A stretch of 64,000 nucleotides of DNA from positions 32,001-96,000 of the forward strand of contig JBCBZT010000023.1 of assembly GCA_039815185.1 (NCBI GenBank). The letters run 5' to 3'. Under the pieces are notes generated by a model, which made no database searches, was not told where the DNA came from, and was given only the letters and a program-made list of their open reading frames with translations. The position numbers were made by a program, and so were the translations under genes. Of the stretch, positions 1 through 8,670 are shown in pieces. The stretch is from Cyanobacteria bacterium P01_A01_bin.123. GTDB taxonomy: Bacteria; Cyanobacteriota; Cyanobacteriia; Phormidesmidales; Phormidesmidaceae. Within the stretch, counting starts at the first letter, position 1. Every line of letters starts with the position of its first letter.

Positions 1-1
1 T

Positions 2-2128
2 GATCAAGTCAATCTGCAAGCGGTGATCAAAACCCAGCGGCCCCATTTAACTCAGATCCATCCAGATAGCCCCTATTTAGATCTTGCTGAACTTGCAAAG
101 CAAGGCATTGTGATGACCATCTCTGTTCCGCTAAACGTTTTAGGGCAGACGATCGGATCATTAAATGTGGCAGCTAAAACAATGCTCCTCGACCATCCTG
201 ACATCATTGAACTGATAGAACAGATTGCCACGCTCCTGGCGATGAACTTGGAGCGGCAGTCTTTATACGATCAAACCCAATTTGCTATGGAGCGTTATCG
301 TTCCTATACCGACCAACTGCGCATCCTCAATGAAATCGGTTGTCAATTATCTGCTGCGGTCACTAAAGCTGAGGTATTTGACACAATTTCCCAGGCAATT
401 TCTCAAGTCATAAATGTCGATCGAGTCAGCTATGCAGTGCCGATGGATGATGTACAGGGGTTTCAGATCTTTCGTTTTTCGGGTAACAACTATATCCCGA
501 CAGATATCGTCATTCCAGCGGCTGGATCAGGGTTAGAGCACACTTATCAAACTGGACGACCGACATTCTTTGACTTAAGCGATCAGCGATATAGTGAACA
601 TCGGATCTTGGCTAGCTTTGGCCTTAAAGTGGGTTGGAGCGTGCCGGTTCGCATCTCAAACCAAATTATTGGTATTTTGAATGCAGCCTCTTCTCGTACC
701 GATTTAGATGGGCAAGAACAGCTCGATCTACTGACAACCCTGGGTGGCCTGATGGGGGCAACCCTTGAGCGCATTGCTGTGCAAGATGAGGCCGCCATGA
801 TCCTCAAGGAAATTGCTTACCAGGCCCGCTATGATACCCTAACAAATTTACCCAATCGCGCCCTTTTTTACCAACAGCTTGAAGATGCACTGGCGGCAGG
901 CCAGTCAAATGATCAGCAGCTAGCGGTGCTTTTTATCGATTTAGATCGGTTCAAGCATATTAATGACACGCTGGGTCATACGATTGGCGATAAGCTCTTG
1001 TGTGCGATCGCTAAGCAACTACAGCAAATTTTTCCCTCATCAGATACTGTGGCTCGCTTGGGCGGAGATGAATTTGTCGTATTGTTACCCCAGATTAACC
1101 ACCCGCAAGCAGTTGCCCAAACCGCTCAGACGATTCTGACTGCGCTAGAGACGCCTTTGCAGGTTGATGGACACAGTATTTTCTTGGGAGGAAGTATTGG
1201 CATTAGTCTATTTCCTGCTCATGGGACGACCCCCGGTACGCTGATGAAACATGCTGATATCGCGATGTATCATGCGAAGGAACAGGGGCGTAATAACTAT
1301 CAATTTTATGATGCTAAATTATCGACTCGGCTACAGCGACGAATTGCCATTGAGCACGCCCTCCGCGATGCGATCGCTAATGATGAACTATCTTTGGTCT
1401 TCCATCCCCAGATTTGCTTAACCTCAGGCAATATCGAAGGCTTAGAAGCATTAGTTCGCTGGAAAAATTCAGCATTGGGCTCTATTCACCCAGATCAATT
1501 TATCCCAATTGCAGAAGAAAGCGGTTTAATTGAAGCATTGTCTGATTGGGTATTGGATCAGAGCTTGGACACAATTAAGCGACTTAGAAGAAGTCATCCC
1601 GAATTGTACGTTGCTGTTAATTTCTCGGCCCAAGAATTTTCTAGCGTCACCTCTTTTCTGAATCGAGTGATAACGACCCTAAGAAAACACCAACTCCCCG
1701 CTAGCGCTTTGGAACTAGAAATTACGGAAAGTGTTTTTTTGCAAGCAGAAGCGACGACTAAACAGCTTATGCAAGCCCTGAAAGCCGAAGGGATACGCAT
1801 CGCAATTGATGATTTTGGGACTGGATTCTCCTCACTCTCTTATTTAGTGAATCTGCCCCTTGATATCCTCAAAATCGATCGGTCATTTATCCATCGTCTT
1901 GGGCATGATCCTCGTAACGATGGTATTGTTCGCGGCACCATTGAAATTGCCAAGAGCCTTGGAATGGCTTGTGTAGCTGAGGGGGTTGAAACGCTGGAGC
2001 AACTATCACAGTTGCAACAGTTAGGATGTCAATGCTGTCAGGGGTTTTTGTTTAGCAAGCCCGTACCTGCTAGTGAACTCGACGCCCTGCTGCAACAAGA
2101 TCTCAATCCCCTAATGACGACATCCTAA
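2..2128 (+). CDS. GAF-GGDEF-EAL diguanylate cyclase/phosphodiesterase (5' end lies outside the window)
   Basis: Frame is open from position 2. GAF-like segments, ARLGGDEF, GLEALVRW, IDDFGTGFSSL, AEGVE. No RxxD I-site (PSSD) before GGDEF. Confidence 0.93.
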   Translation, partial: DQVNLQAVIKTQRPHLTQIHPDSPYLDLAELAKQGIVMTISVPLNVLGQTIGSLNVAAKTMLLDHPDIIELIEQIATLLAMNLERQSLYDQTQFAMERYRSYTDQLRILNEIGCQLSAAVTKAEVFDTISQAISQVINVDRVSYAVPMDDVQGFQIFRFSGNNYIPTDIVIPAAGSGLEHTYQTGRPTFFDLSDQRYSEHRILASFGLKVGWSVPVRISNQIIGILNAASSRTDLDGQEQLDLLTTLGGLMGATLERIAVQDEAAMILKEIAYQARYDTLTNLPNRALFYQQLEDALAAGQSNDQQLAVLFIDLDRFKHINDTLGHTIGDKLLCAIAKQLQQIFPSSDTVARLGGDEFVVLLPQINHPQAVAQTAQTILTALETPLQVDGHSIFLGGSIGISLFPAHGTTPGTLMKHADIAMYHAKEQGRNNYQFYDAKLSTRLQRRIAIEHALRDAIANDELSLVFHPQICLTSGNIEGLEALVRWKNSALGSIHPDQFIPIAEESGLIEALSDWVLDQSLDTIKRLRRSHPELYVAVNFSAQEFSSVTSFLNRVITTLRKHQLPASALELEITESVFLQAEATTKQLMQALKAEGIRIAIDDFGTGFSSLSYLVNLPLDILKIDRSFIHRLGHDPRNDGIVRGTIEIAKSLGMACVAEGVETLEQLSQLQQLGCQCCQGFLFSKPVPASELDALLQQDLNPLMTTS

Positions 2129-2139
2129 GCCCTCTCTAA

Positions 2140-3864
2140 ATGCGTTTTTCTCGTTTTGCTCAATGCTGGGTGTGCTTCGTTTTGTCACTGCTGTTGGTGA
2201 GCGGTTGTCATCGCTGTTTGAATCGCCCGGCTTCATCCCTTTCGGTGGTAGAACCGCCTATTGTGACTCCAGAAGTACTGGCTGGGCATACCCTGGTGCC
2301 CTTGGTTCAGCCAGGGCCTTGGCCCGATATCACAGGTTTGATTGGCTACGGCGATCGCCTCTGGTTTGCTAATAGTGTTGCTTTTGGCAATCATAATTCT
2401 GCAGATGTTTACAGCTACGCGCCAGCAACTGGGCAAACGCGCTACGAACGGCATCTTTTTAGTCAAAGTGTCGGCAAGCCAGCCGTGGCGGATGGATTGC
2501 TGTACTGGCCTTTTGAAGATCCTCGGTTTTCTGCTGACTTAGGCGAGTATATGGTTACTAACGGAGAAGACTGGCAATGGCGTCTCTTCCCTAATGGTGA
2601 AGCGTTTCACGTTCATACCATGGCTGCTCAAGGTGACTCGCTATTTGCAGGGACGGGTGCTTGGGCGGGTAGATTGCAGCGATCGCAAGATGGGGGGCAA
2701 ACCTGGCAAGTCATCTACGAGCACCCCACTCCAGACAGACAGGTTAGCCGTGTCACCCAACTAGCTGTGCTAGACGAGCAGCTGTATGTCGGCATCACTG
2801 CCCGCCAAGAAGCTGGTATCAAACTCCTGCGGTGGGATCAAGAGATGCTCCAAACGATTGACAGCTGGCCTAGGGGTAAACGTGTCAGTGATTTAACCAC
2901 CTATGATGGCTGGCTATACGGGATTAATCTGAATCCAGACGATAGCACTGCCATCTGGCGCACCCATGACCAGCAGACTGAACCAGTGGAAGCGTTAAAC
3001 GGTTATCCCATAAGGGCATTAGCTGCTGGTTCAGATGCTCTGTGGGCAGTGAGCAGCAATGAGGCAGGCGGATTTCTTTGGCATAGTTCAGATGGCGTAG
3101 CGTGGACTGCTGCCCAGCAGTTCCAGACATTGCGACCGCTGGATGTTGCCGTCTATGCTGGCAACGTCTACGTGGGGGCAAGGGATGAAGGTGGGCGCGG
3201 TGTTTTATTAGGGCCAACTGCTCCAGAGAGCGCTGGTGAAGCAACTTCGACACAAATGCCAACTATCCAGGCTGTATCCCCATCTCCCCAGCAGTTGCAA
3301 GCCATGCTGAATCAGCTAGATGAGGTGATGGCAAATCGCTCAAGCTACGCCAATGGCAACACCCAAGATGTGCTGTCTCAGACGTTAAAACCCCTTGCTA
3401 TCAGCAGTATGCCAGAGGTTGGCGAAGCCCTATCACAGCGTTTAGGCCACTCACCCCCGCAGGTGGATGCAACGCTATTCGACGATGTTGTTACAGAACC
3501 CGCGACAGATGTGCTGCAGTGGTACTTGCTTTGGGCGATCGCTCTGAATGGTCACGGTCAGATTCCAGTTGAGCTGCTGGCTATCCCTTGGACAACCCCC
3601 AGTAACTCTCGAGAAAAGTATTGGCAACCCGTTCCTGCTGCTGCTTGGGCCGTTGCTCAATTAGGTCAAGCCGATGTTGAGACCCTAGCCGCCTTAATCA
3701 ATCGCCTCAGCTTCAAAGATGATCCCATTTGGCTCAAAGGCGATTTTATTGGGGCCTTGAGTGCGTTAACGGGCGAACAATTTGGCTACGATCAGGGCGC
3801 CTGGCAAACCTGGTGGGCACAGCAAGCTAACGATTTCCTTAACGGGGTCTCAGCCTTAAGCTGA
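2140..3864 (+). CDS. Putative lipoprotein with BNR/Asp-box beta-propeller and helical C-terminal domain
   Basis: Signal peptide with lipobox LVSG-C23; Asp-box motifs RSQDGGQTW and HSSDGVAW; starts 11 nt after the upstream stop. Confidence 0.7.
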   Translation: MRFSRFAQCWVCFVLSLLLVSGCHRCLNRPASSLSVVEPPIVTPEVLAGHTLVPLVQPGPWPDITGLIGYGDRLWFANSVAFGNHNSADVYSYAPATGQTRYERHLFSQSVGKPAVADGLLYWPFEDPRFSADLGEYMVTNGEDWQWRLFPNGEAFHVHTMAAQGDSLFAGTGAWAGRLQRSQDGGQTWQVIYEHPTPDRQVSRVTQLAVLDEQLYVGITARQEAGIKLLRWDQEMLQTIDSWPRGKRVSDLTTYDGWLYGINLNPDDSTAIWRTHDQQTEPVEALNGYPIRALAAGSDALWAVSSNEAGGFLWHSSDGVAWTAAQQFQTLRPLDVAVYAGNVYVGARDEGGRGVLLGPTAPESAGEATSTQMPTIQAVSPSPQQLQAMLNQLDEVMANRSSYANGNTQDVLSQTLKPLAISSMPEVGEALSQRLGHSPPQVDATLFDDVVTEPATDVLQWYLLWAIALNGHGQIPVELLAIPWTTPSNSREKYWQPVPAAAWAVAQLGQADVETLAALINRLSFKDDPIWLKGDFIGALSALTGEQFGYDQGAWQTWWAQQANDFLNGVSALS

Positions 3865-5014
3865 TATGCACTAGATTTCGGAGTGGCTCAGGGGCAGTTG
3901 GATGAAGAATCTGGGTAATGGATTGAAAACCACTGGATGCATCCGGATAGACAAATGTTGATGCTTCTTGTTCGGCAACATACGCATAGATAGCCAGTTC
4001 TTCAAGCAAATATATGCATGATCGATTGACGTAATAGTCAAAACGTTGGGAATCTTGTTGAAGATACCTCTTAACAAAGACGTCAGCAAAGTTACGAACA
4101 GCAGTAGAAAAAGTTTTGTCAGCTTCAAATAGCCATCGTATCTCTTCAGCATAAGCTTGGAATTTCTCCTCAGCCAAGACATCAGAGAAGAATCGCATTT
4201 CGAAGCAACAGTGATCTGCATATCGATCAAAGATAGATAATTTCTCATCTCTGATTTTACGTCCAAAACTGATTGCACGATTTAAAGCATGCTGTTCTGA
4301 AAAACCTTGCATTTCTAAAACAATTTGATAGGCAAGATCACCGATTAAAACCTGGCAGTTGGAAAAATTCTGACTAATCCACTCAGTCATTCCTGCCAGC
4401 TTGGCCGTTGTAAAGTTCTTATCTTGCAAACTGAAGCCTAACATACAGGTCTCGTACTTTTGCAGTTGCCCCAAAGCCGATTCAGGCTTAACGGTAACGA
4501 CTTGGGCTTCATATCGAGCACTGGTTTTAATTTCAATATTTTGATGAGGTTTAGCCACACATCGGTAATCTTCAAAGCTCATGCGAATCCGCTGAGCTTG
4601 AGATTGAACACAGAAGGAAATTTCTTGAAAAATATGTAACTCTTGGGTGAAAAATACTTCTAAGTTAAACAGGCACCCCAACGGTGGTAAAGTACCTATT
4701 TCATAATCAGGAAACAACTTCTGAGTTTGGCCTTTGCCTACAAAATCGATGTTGGGATTATTGAGAGAAACCCGTAGCGAGTCTAACTCGATTTTACGCG
4801 TAACAGGCACCACAATCATCGCATATCGATTGGGAGCAGTGCAGATCAGGACTGCTTCAATTAGCTCATAACCTAGGGAAAACTCATCAACCGCAATATC
4901 TTGGAGCGTGTAAGCTGGTGAGTAGGAAACCGTGAGATATCGTATTTTCTGGCTATCTAACAAATCCTTGATAGGGTCAAGCGCATTTGTTTTAGAGAGT
5001 GCAAAAGCTGCCAT
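3839..5014 (-). CDS. Fusion of YbaK/ProX-like aminoacyl-tRNA deacylase domain (aa ~12-156) and tRNA-dependent cyclodipeptide synthase domain, XYP type (aa ~167-391)
   Basis: N-terminal part has LFPDYEIGTLPPLG (YbaK GxxxP loop) and RIRMSFEDY. C-terminal part has CMLGFSLQDKNF (S195), W..F...VLIGD, SCIYLLEEL (Y335/E339) and FVYP (Y356/P357). Confidence 0.85.
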   Translation of the reverse strand: MAAFALSKTNALDPIKDLLDSQKIRYLTVSYSPAYTLQDIAVDEFSLGYELIEAVLICTAPNRYAMIVVPVTRKIELDSLRVSLNNPNIDFVGKGQTQKLFPDYEIGTLPPLGCLFNLEVFFTQELHIFQEISFCVQSQAQRIRMSFEDYRCVAKPHQNIEIKTSARYEAQVVTVKPESALGQLQKYETCMLGFSLQDKNFTTAKLAGMTEWISQNFSNCQVLIGDLAYQIVLEMQGFSEQHALNRAISFGRKIRDEKLSIFDRYADHCCFEMRFFSDVLAEEKFQAYAEEIRWLFEADKTFSTAVRNFADVFVKRYLQQDSQRFDYYVNRSCIYLLEELAIYAYVAEQEASTFVYPDASSGFQSITQILHPTAPEPLRNLVHISLRLRPR

Positions 5015-5207
5015 AGGAAAGACTCTTTCGATTTAGATAGCTAGATAGAACGATTTGACTATCACACTAGTCCAATTTTTCCCATTCCAACGATGTAATT
5101 AACGATTCTATTCGAGGCACTGCCGACCGTCCCCGGAAATTTAGGATCAAACTGCTAAAAGTCTTAATCCTAAATTTCCTCTGCTCTGTTTAGTTTAACG
5201 ATGACCG

Positions 5208-6158
5208 TTATGCCCAGAAACCACTGCCTTGGTATGTCACGCCGGGGATAAACCAACTTTGAGGATTGACGTAGCGAAAGCGGATATCAACCTCGTCGAT
5301 CGCAGCTCGGGCTTTGGTTGAAAGGTCATGGGATGCAGCCACAAGATTTTGAGCGATGCGGTCTGGATTAGTTGATTTAGGAATAACACTTGTTCCCCGG
5401 TGAATCGCCCAGGCGATGAGGAGTTGTGCAGGCGTTAGCCCTTCGTCGCTGGCAACAGACTTGACCCGATCATTTTCTAGCACGGGGGGCTCGTCACTGG
5501 CTTTCATGCTGTCGGGGCGATCGCGAGAGCCCAGGGGTGAGTATGCCGTCAAGTGGATGCCTTGATCTTGGCAGTAGGCTAGCAGTTCGTTTTGGGGGTT
5601 GTAGGGATGCAGTTCCACTTGGTTGACAGCTGGAGTGGCGCCACTCTCTGTGATCAACTGATCGAGCTTTGAGATACTGAAATTAGAAACCCCGACACTT
5701 TTCACCAGTCCTTTGTCGCGGAGCTTCAGCATGGCCTCAAAGGTTTTGGATAAAGGCATGTCAGGTAAGGGCCAAAATCCTTCTGCATCCTCCGGCATGA
5801 CTAAGCCGGGACGAAAGGCGACGGGCCAATGCATGAGATACAAGTCGATATAGTCAAGACCGAAGGCGGTAAGCGTTGCCTGACAGCCCGCCTCAACATC
5901 ATCGGGGGCGTGGAAACTGTTCCAAAGTTTAGAGGTGACAAAGACGTCTTCGCGGGTGACGTTACCGTCTGCAATAGATTCGCAAATGGCGCGACCCACC
6001 TCTTTTTCGTTGCCATAGATCCAAGCGCCGTCGATATGGTGGTAACCAATGCGGAGGGCTTCTTTGACGGCTTGATAGGCGTCCCCTTCGTGGGACTTCC
6101 AGGTGCCGAGACCGAAAGCAGGAATTGTGTTGCCGTCATTGAGGGTAAATGTCTTCAT
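5208..6158 (-). CDS. Aldo/keto reductase (AKR1/5-like)
   Basis: FGLGTW, HIDGAWIY, VTSKLWN, DLYLMHWP, GVSNF, NQVELHP, AYSPLG, VIPKS. Confidence 0.95.
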   Translation of the reverse strand: MKTFTLNDGNTIPAFGLGTWKSHEGDAYQAVKEALRIGYHHIDGAWIYGNEKEVGRAICESIADGNVTREDVFVTSKLWNSFHAPDDVEAGCQATLTAFGLDYIDLYLMHWPVAFRPGLVMPEDAEGFWPLPDMPLSKTFEAMLKLRDKGLVKSVGVSNFSISKLDQLITESGATPAVNQVELHPYNPQNELLAYCQDQGIHLTAYSPLGSRDRPDSMKASDEPPVLENDRVKSVASDEGLTPAQLLIAWAIHRGTSVIPKSTNPDRIAQNLVAASHDLSTKARAAIDEVDIRFRYVNPQSWFIPGVTYQGSGFWA

Positions 6159-6264
6159 GAGTCCTCTTTGAGATGTGTAGACTGTGGGCCAAATAATTGA
6201 GGAAATAGGCTCCAGTCCTCAATGCTTTCAAGCTCATTTAGCTTAACGTCTAGATTAGTTGCAG

Positions 6265-6388
6265 CTAGGGGCTGTCATCAATATTGCTTTTAGAACAATG
6301 GTTACAGTCCCCTAGCTCGTTGAGTTGGGTCGGGCATGGCAAGGCTCAACCATAGGGCTTTTCGGGTTGAGTTGATGACATGCCCTAG
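6265..6388. mobile_element. MITE-like non-autonomous element, ~124 bp, with 17 bp terminal inverted repeats bounded by CTAG
   Basis: Left end CTAGGGGCTGTCATCAA (6265-6281) matches the reverse complement of the right end, CTAGGGCATGTCATCAA (6372-6388), at 15/17. No ORF inside. Confidence 0.7.
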
Positions 6389-7551
6389 ACGGTGGACAGG
6401 GGAATACCGTCAAATCGATTCAGGGCGACTAGTGTCAGACTGAGCAGTGGCACTATCATCCAAGGCGGTAAGCCTGCGCCCATGGGGATCAGGCATAGTG
6501 CGAAAAATGCCAAAAGCGATCGCGCGATGATGACCCCCTCAGGCAAACAATTTGGCGACGCCCATTGCAGTGCTGTGACGCCAGTCAGAAAAACGGCAAT
6601 TCCACCGCAGAGAATCGTGCGAGCTTCTGCAATGAAGCTATGTCCAGAGGCTGCCTCAATGGCAAACTGGATGCCAATACCCGTGGCGACAATGCCCATA
6701 AAGACGAGAACGTGGCTGTAGCCATAGATATAAGACCGCAGCAATGCCAACCGACCGCCTCGCAATGCCCAGTTGATCACCGATTCATCTGCCCGTTCAA
6801 AATACATCCACCACAGACTGACGGCGGTCAAAAAGCCGCCCATGCCAGTCAAGACACTTTGCCACTGCCAATTAGTTTGGGCCACGCCTGTGGTGACTGC
6901 AATAATGGCTTCCCCCAGCACGATAATCACAAACAAGCCAAATCGCTCGTCCATGTGGGATTTCTGGGTGGGGACGTTGCGAATGGTGAGGTAGGTGATG
7001 GGGCCGTTGCTGATTTCAATCAGTAATGCGATCGCCCACAGCCAAAATCGAGCTGGTTCAGGTACTGCAATGGATAGGAGCCATAGCAAAAACGCGATAG
7101 AGAAACTGGTGATGTATCGCGCGGTAAGTTCTCTAGATTGGGGCACAAACCGCCAGGCTTGGGTGTACAAAACAATAATTACCAACCGTAGCGTGCTGTA
7201 AATGGCGGCAAAGTTAGCTGAACCCCCTTGTAGGGCATCGTGAATGGTCAGGGCCATCACCACCAGCCCAAACATCACACCCAGCATGACAAGACGATAA
7301 GGCCCCCGGTCAACGTCAAACTGATCGGCGTAGTAGCTAAAGTCGATCCAAAGCCACCATACCGGAACAAAGAGCGCTGCGAAGCCTGCAATTCCTGTCC
7401 AGCTTAAGTCGCCATGGAGGAGATGGGCTAATTCTGCGATCGCGAACACAAACACCAGATCAAAAAACAGTTCCAGCCAAGTGGCATGGCGAGTTTCCTC
7501 ACGGTCTTTACCCAGATGCAGCCGCAGTGGATGAGAACGTTGACGGGTCAT
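6385..7551 (-). CDS. ltrA: Low temperature requirement protein A (LtrA) family membrane protein
   Basis: RHATWLELFFDLVFV and HMDERFGLFVIIVLGE motifs; multiple TM helices. ATG 7551 preferred as start. Confidence 0.9.
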   Translation of the reverse strand: MTRQRSHPLRLHLGKDREETRHATWLELFFDLVFVFAIAELAHLLHGDLSWTGIAGFAALFVPVWWLWIDFSYYADQFDVDRGPYRLVMLGVMFGLVVMALTIHDALQGGSANFAAIYSTLRLVIIVLYTQAWRFVPQSRELTARYITSFSIAFLLWLLSIAVPEPARFWLWAIALLIEISNGPITYLTIRNVPTQKSHMDERFGLFVIIVLGEAIIAVTTGVAQTNWQWQSVLTGMGGFLTAVSLWWMYFERADESVINWALRGGRLALLRSYIYGYSHVLVFMGIVATGIGIQFAIEAASGHSFIAEARTILCGGIAVFLTGVTALQWASPNCLPEGVIIARSLLAFFALCLIPMGAGLPPWMIVPLLSLTLVALNRFDGIPLSTV

Positions 7552-7877
7552 TGGAATTTTTGGGTTGCTGATTGTACAGACAAACACTGATTCAAGCCTA
7601 TTAAGGCACGCTTCGATATGCTAGTAAACAGCGTACTCCTCAAAGCCTATGGTTCAGACAATTGCCGTTACCGATGCAATCACTAACTTGAATCAGGTTC
7701 ACGAGCGCTTTGGCTTGCAGCCCAACCCGACCCCAGACTGTTTTAGCCACAATCTGCATCAGGCTGTGAGAATCCTCAAGCGACTCACTGCCTTGGATTA
7801 AGTCCCTGTCTAGATGGCCGAGGGATACCTTTCGCGTTAATATTCGTAAAGAATCTTCACGAAAGGTCAATTCGGTC

Positions 7878-8669
7878 ATGGGCCCAAAGCCATCCATTAT
7901 TTCGCAGGTCCGCAGCTGGTTTCAGCCATCAACGGGCAACTGGCAGCAGTTTAGAGAACCGTCGCAGGTATTTATCGAACTGCGCCACCTGAGCAAAGGC
8001 TTCATTGAGGGCACGACTCAGCGGCAGGTACTCAATGAGTTGACCACGACCTTTGATGAAGGCAGTTTTATCGTGCTACTGGGGCAAAGCGGTAGCGGCA
8101 AAAGTACCTTGCTCAACCTGATTAGCGGCATCGAGCGCCCCACTGCTGGGACGGTTTTGATTGATGGTGTTCCGATTACTGAATTAAATGAGCGGGCTTG
8201 CACCCTATTCCGCCGGGATCAGATTGGCTTTATCTTTCAGTTTTTTAATCTGATTCCGACTCTAACGGTGTTGGAGAATATCACGCTGCCGCAGGAGTTG
8301 GCCGGTAATGCACCCAAAGCGATTGAAACTCAAGCGCGATCGCTGTTAGAAAAAGTTGGTTTGGGCGATCGCGCCGATGCCTTTCCCGACAAACTCTCCG
8401 GTGGACAACAGCAGCGGGTTGCCATTGCCCGTGCCCTCGTCCATGAACCGCGTCTGATTTTGGCCGATGAACCGACAGGCAACCTCGATGAAGACACAGG
8501 TGCAACGGTCTTAACCCTACTCCTAGAACTGACTCGCAACGCCAACAAAACCCTGATCATGGCGACCCACAACCCCGAGATTGCCAAACACGCCGATCGC
8601 ATCCTGCGAGTCCATGAAGGTCATCTCGAAGACGCCACCGCCGAACTCACGGAGGCCGTCGCCGCCTAA
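7878..8669 (+). CDS. ABC transporter ATP-binding protein (LolD/AttE-like)
   Basis: [32 protein letters not shown]. Confidence 0.95.
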   Translation: MGPKPSIISQVRSWFQPSTGNWQQFREPSQVFIELRHLSKGFIEGTTQRQVLNELTTTFDEGSFIVLLGQSGSGKSTLLNLISGIERPTAGTVLIDGVPITELNERACTLFRRDQIGFIFQFFNLIPTLTVLENITLPQELAGNAPKAIETQARSLLEKVGLGDRADAFPDKLSGGQQQRVAIARALVHEPRLILADEPTGNLDEDTGATVLTLLLELTRNANKTLIMATHNPEIAKHADRILRVHEGHLEDATAELTEAVAA

Positions 8670-8670
8670 T

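Noticed and set aside
3871..4278. 135 aa alternative-frame ORF inside the CDPS gene
   Set aside because: It is nested in a gene with clear motifs and has no protein-like features of its own.
7640..7897. 85 aa minus-strand ORF
   Set aside because: No recognisable motif; it overlaps the ABC gene start and the divergent promoter region, so is likely spurious.
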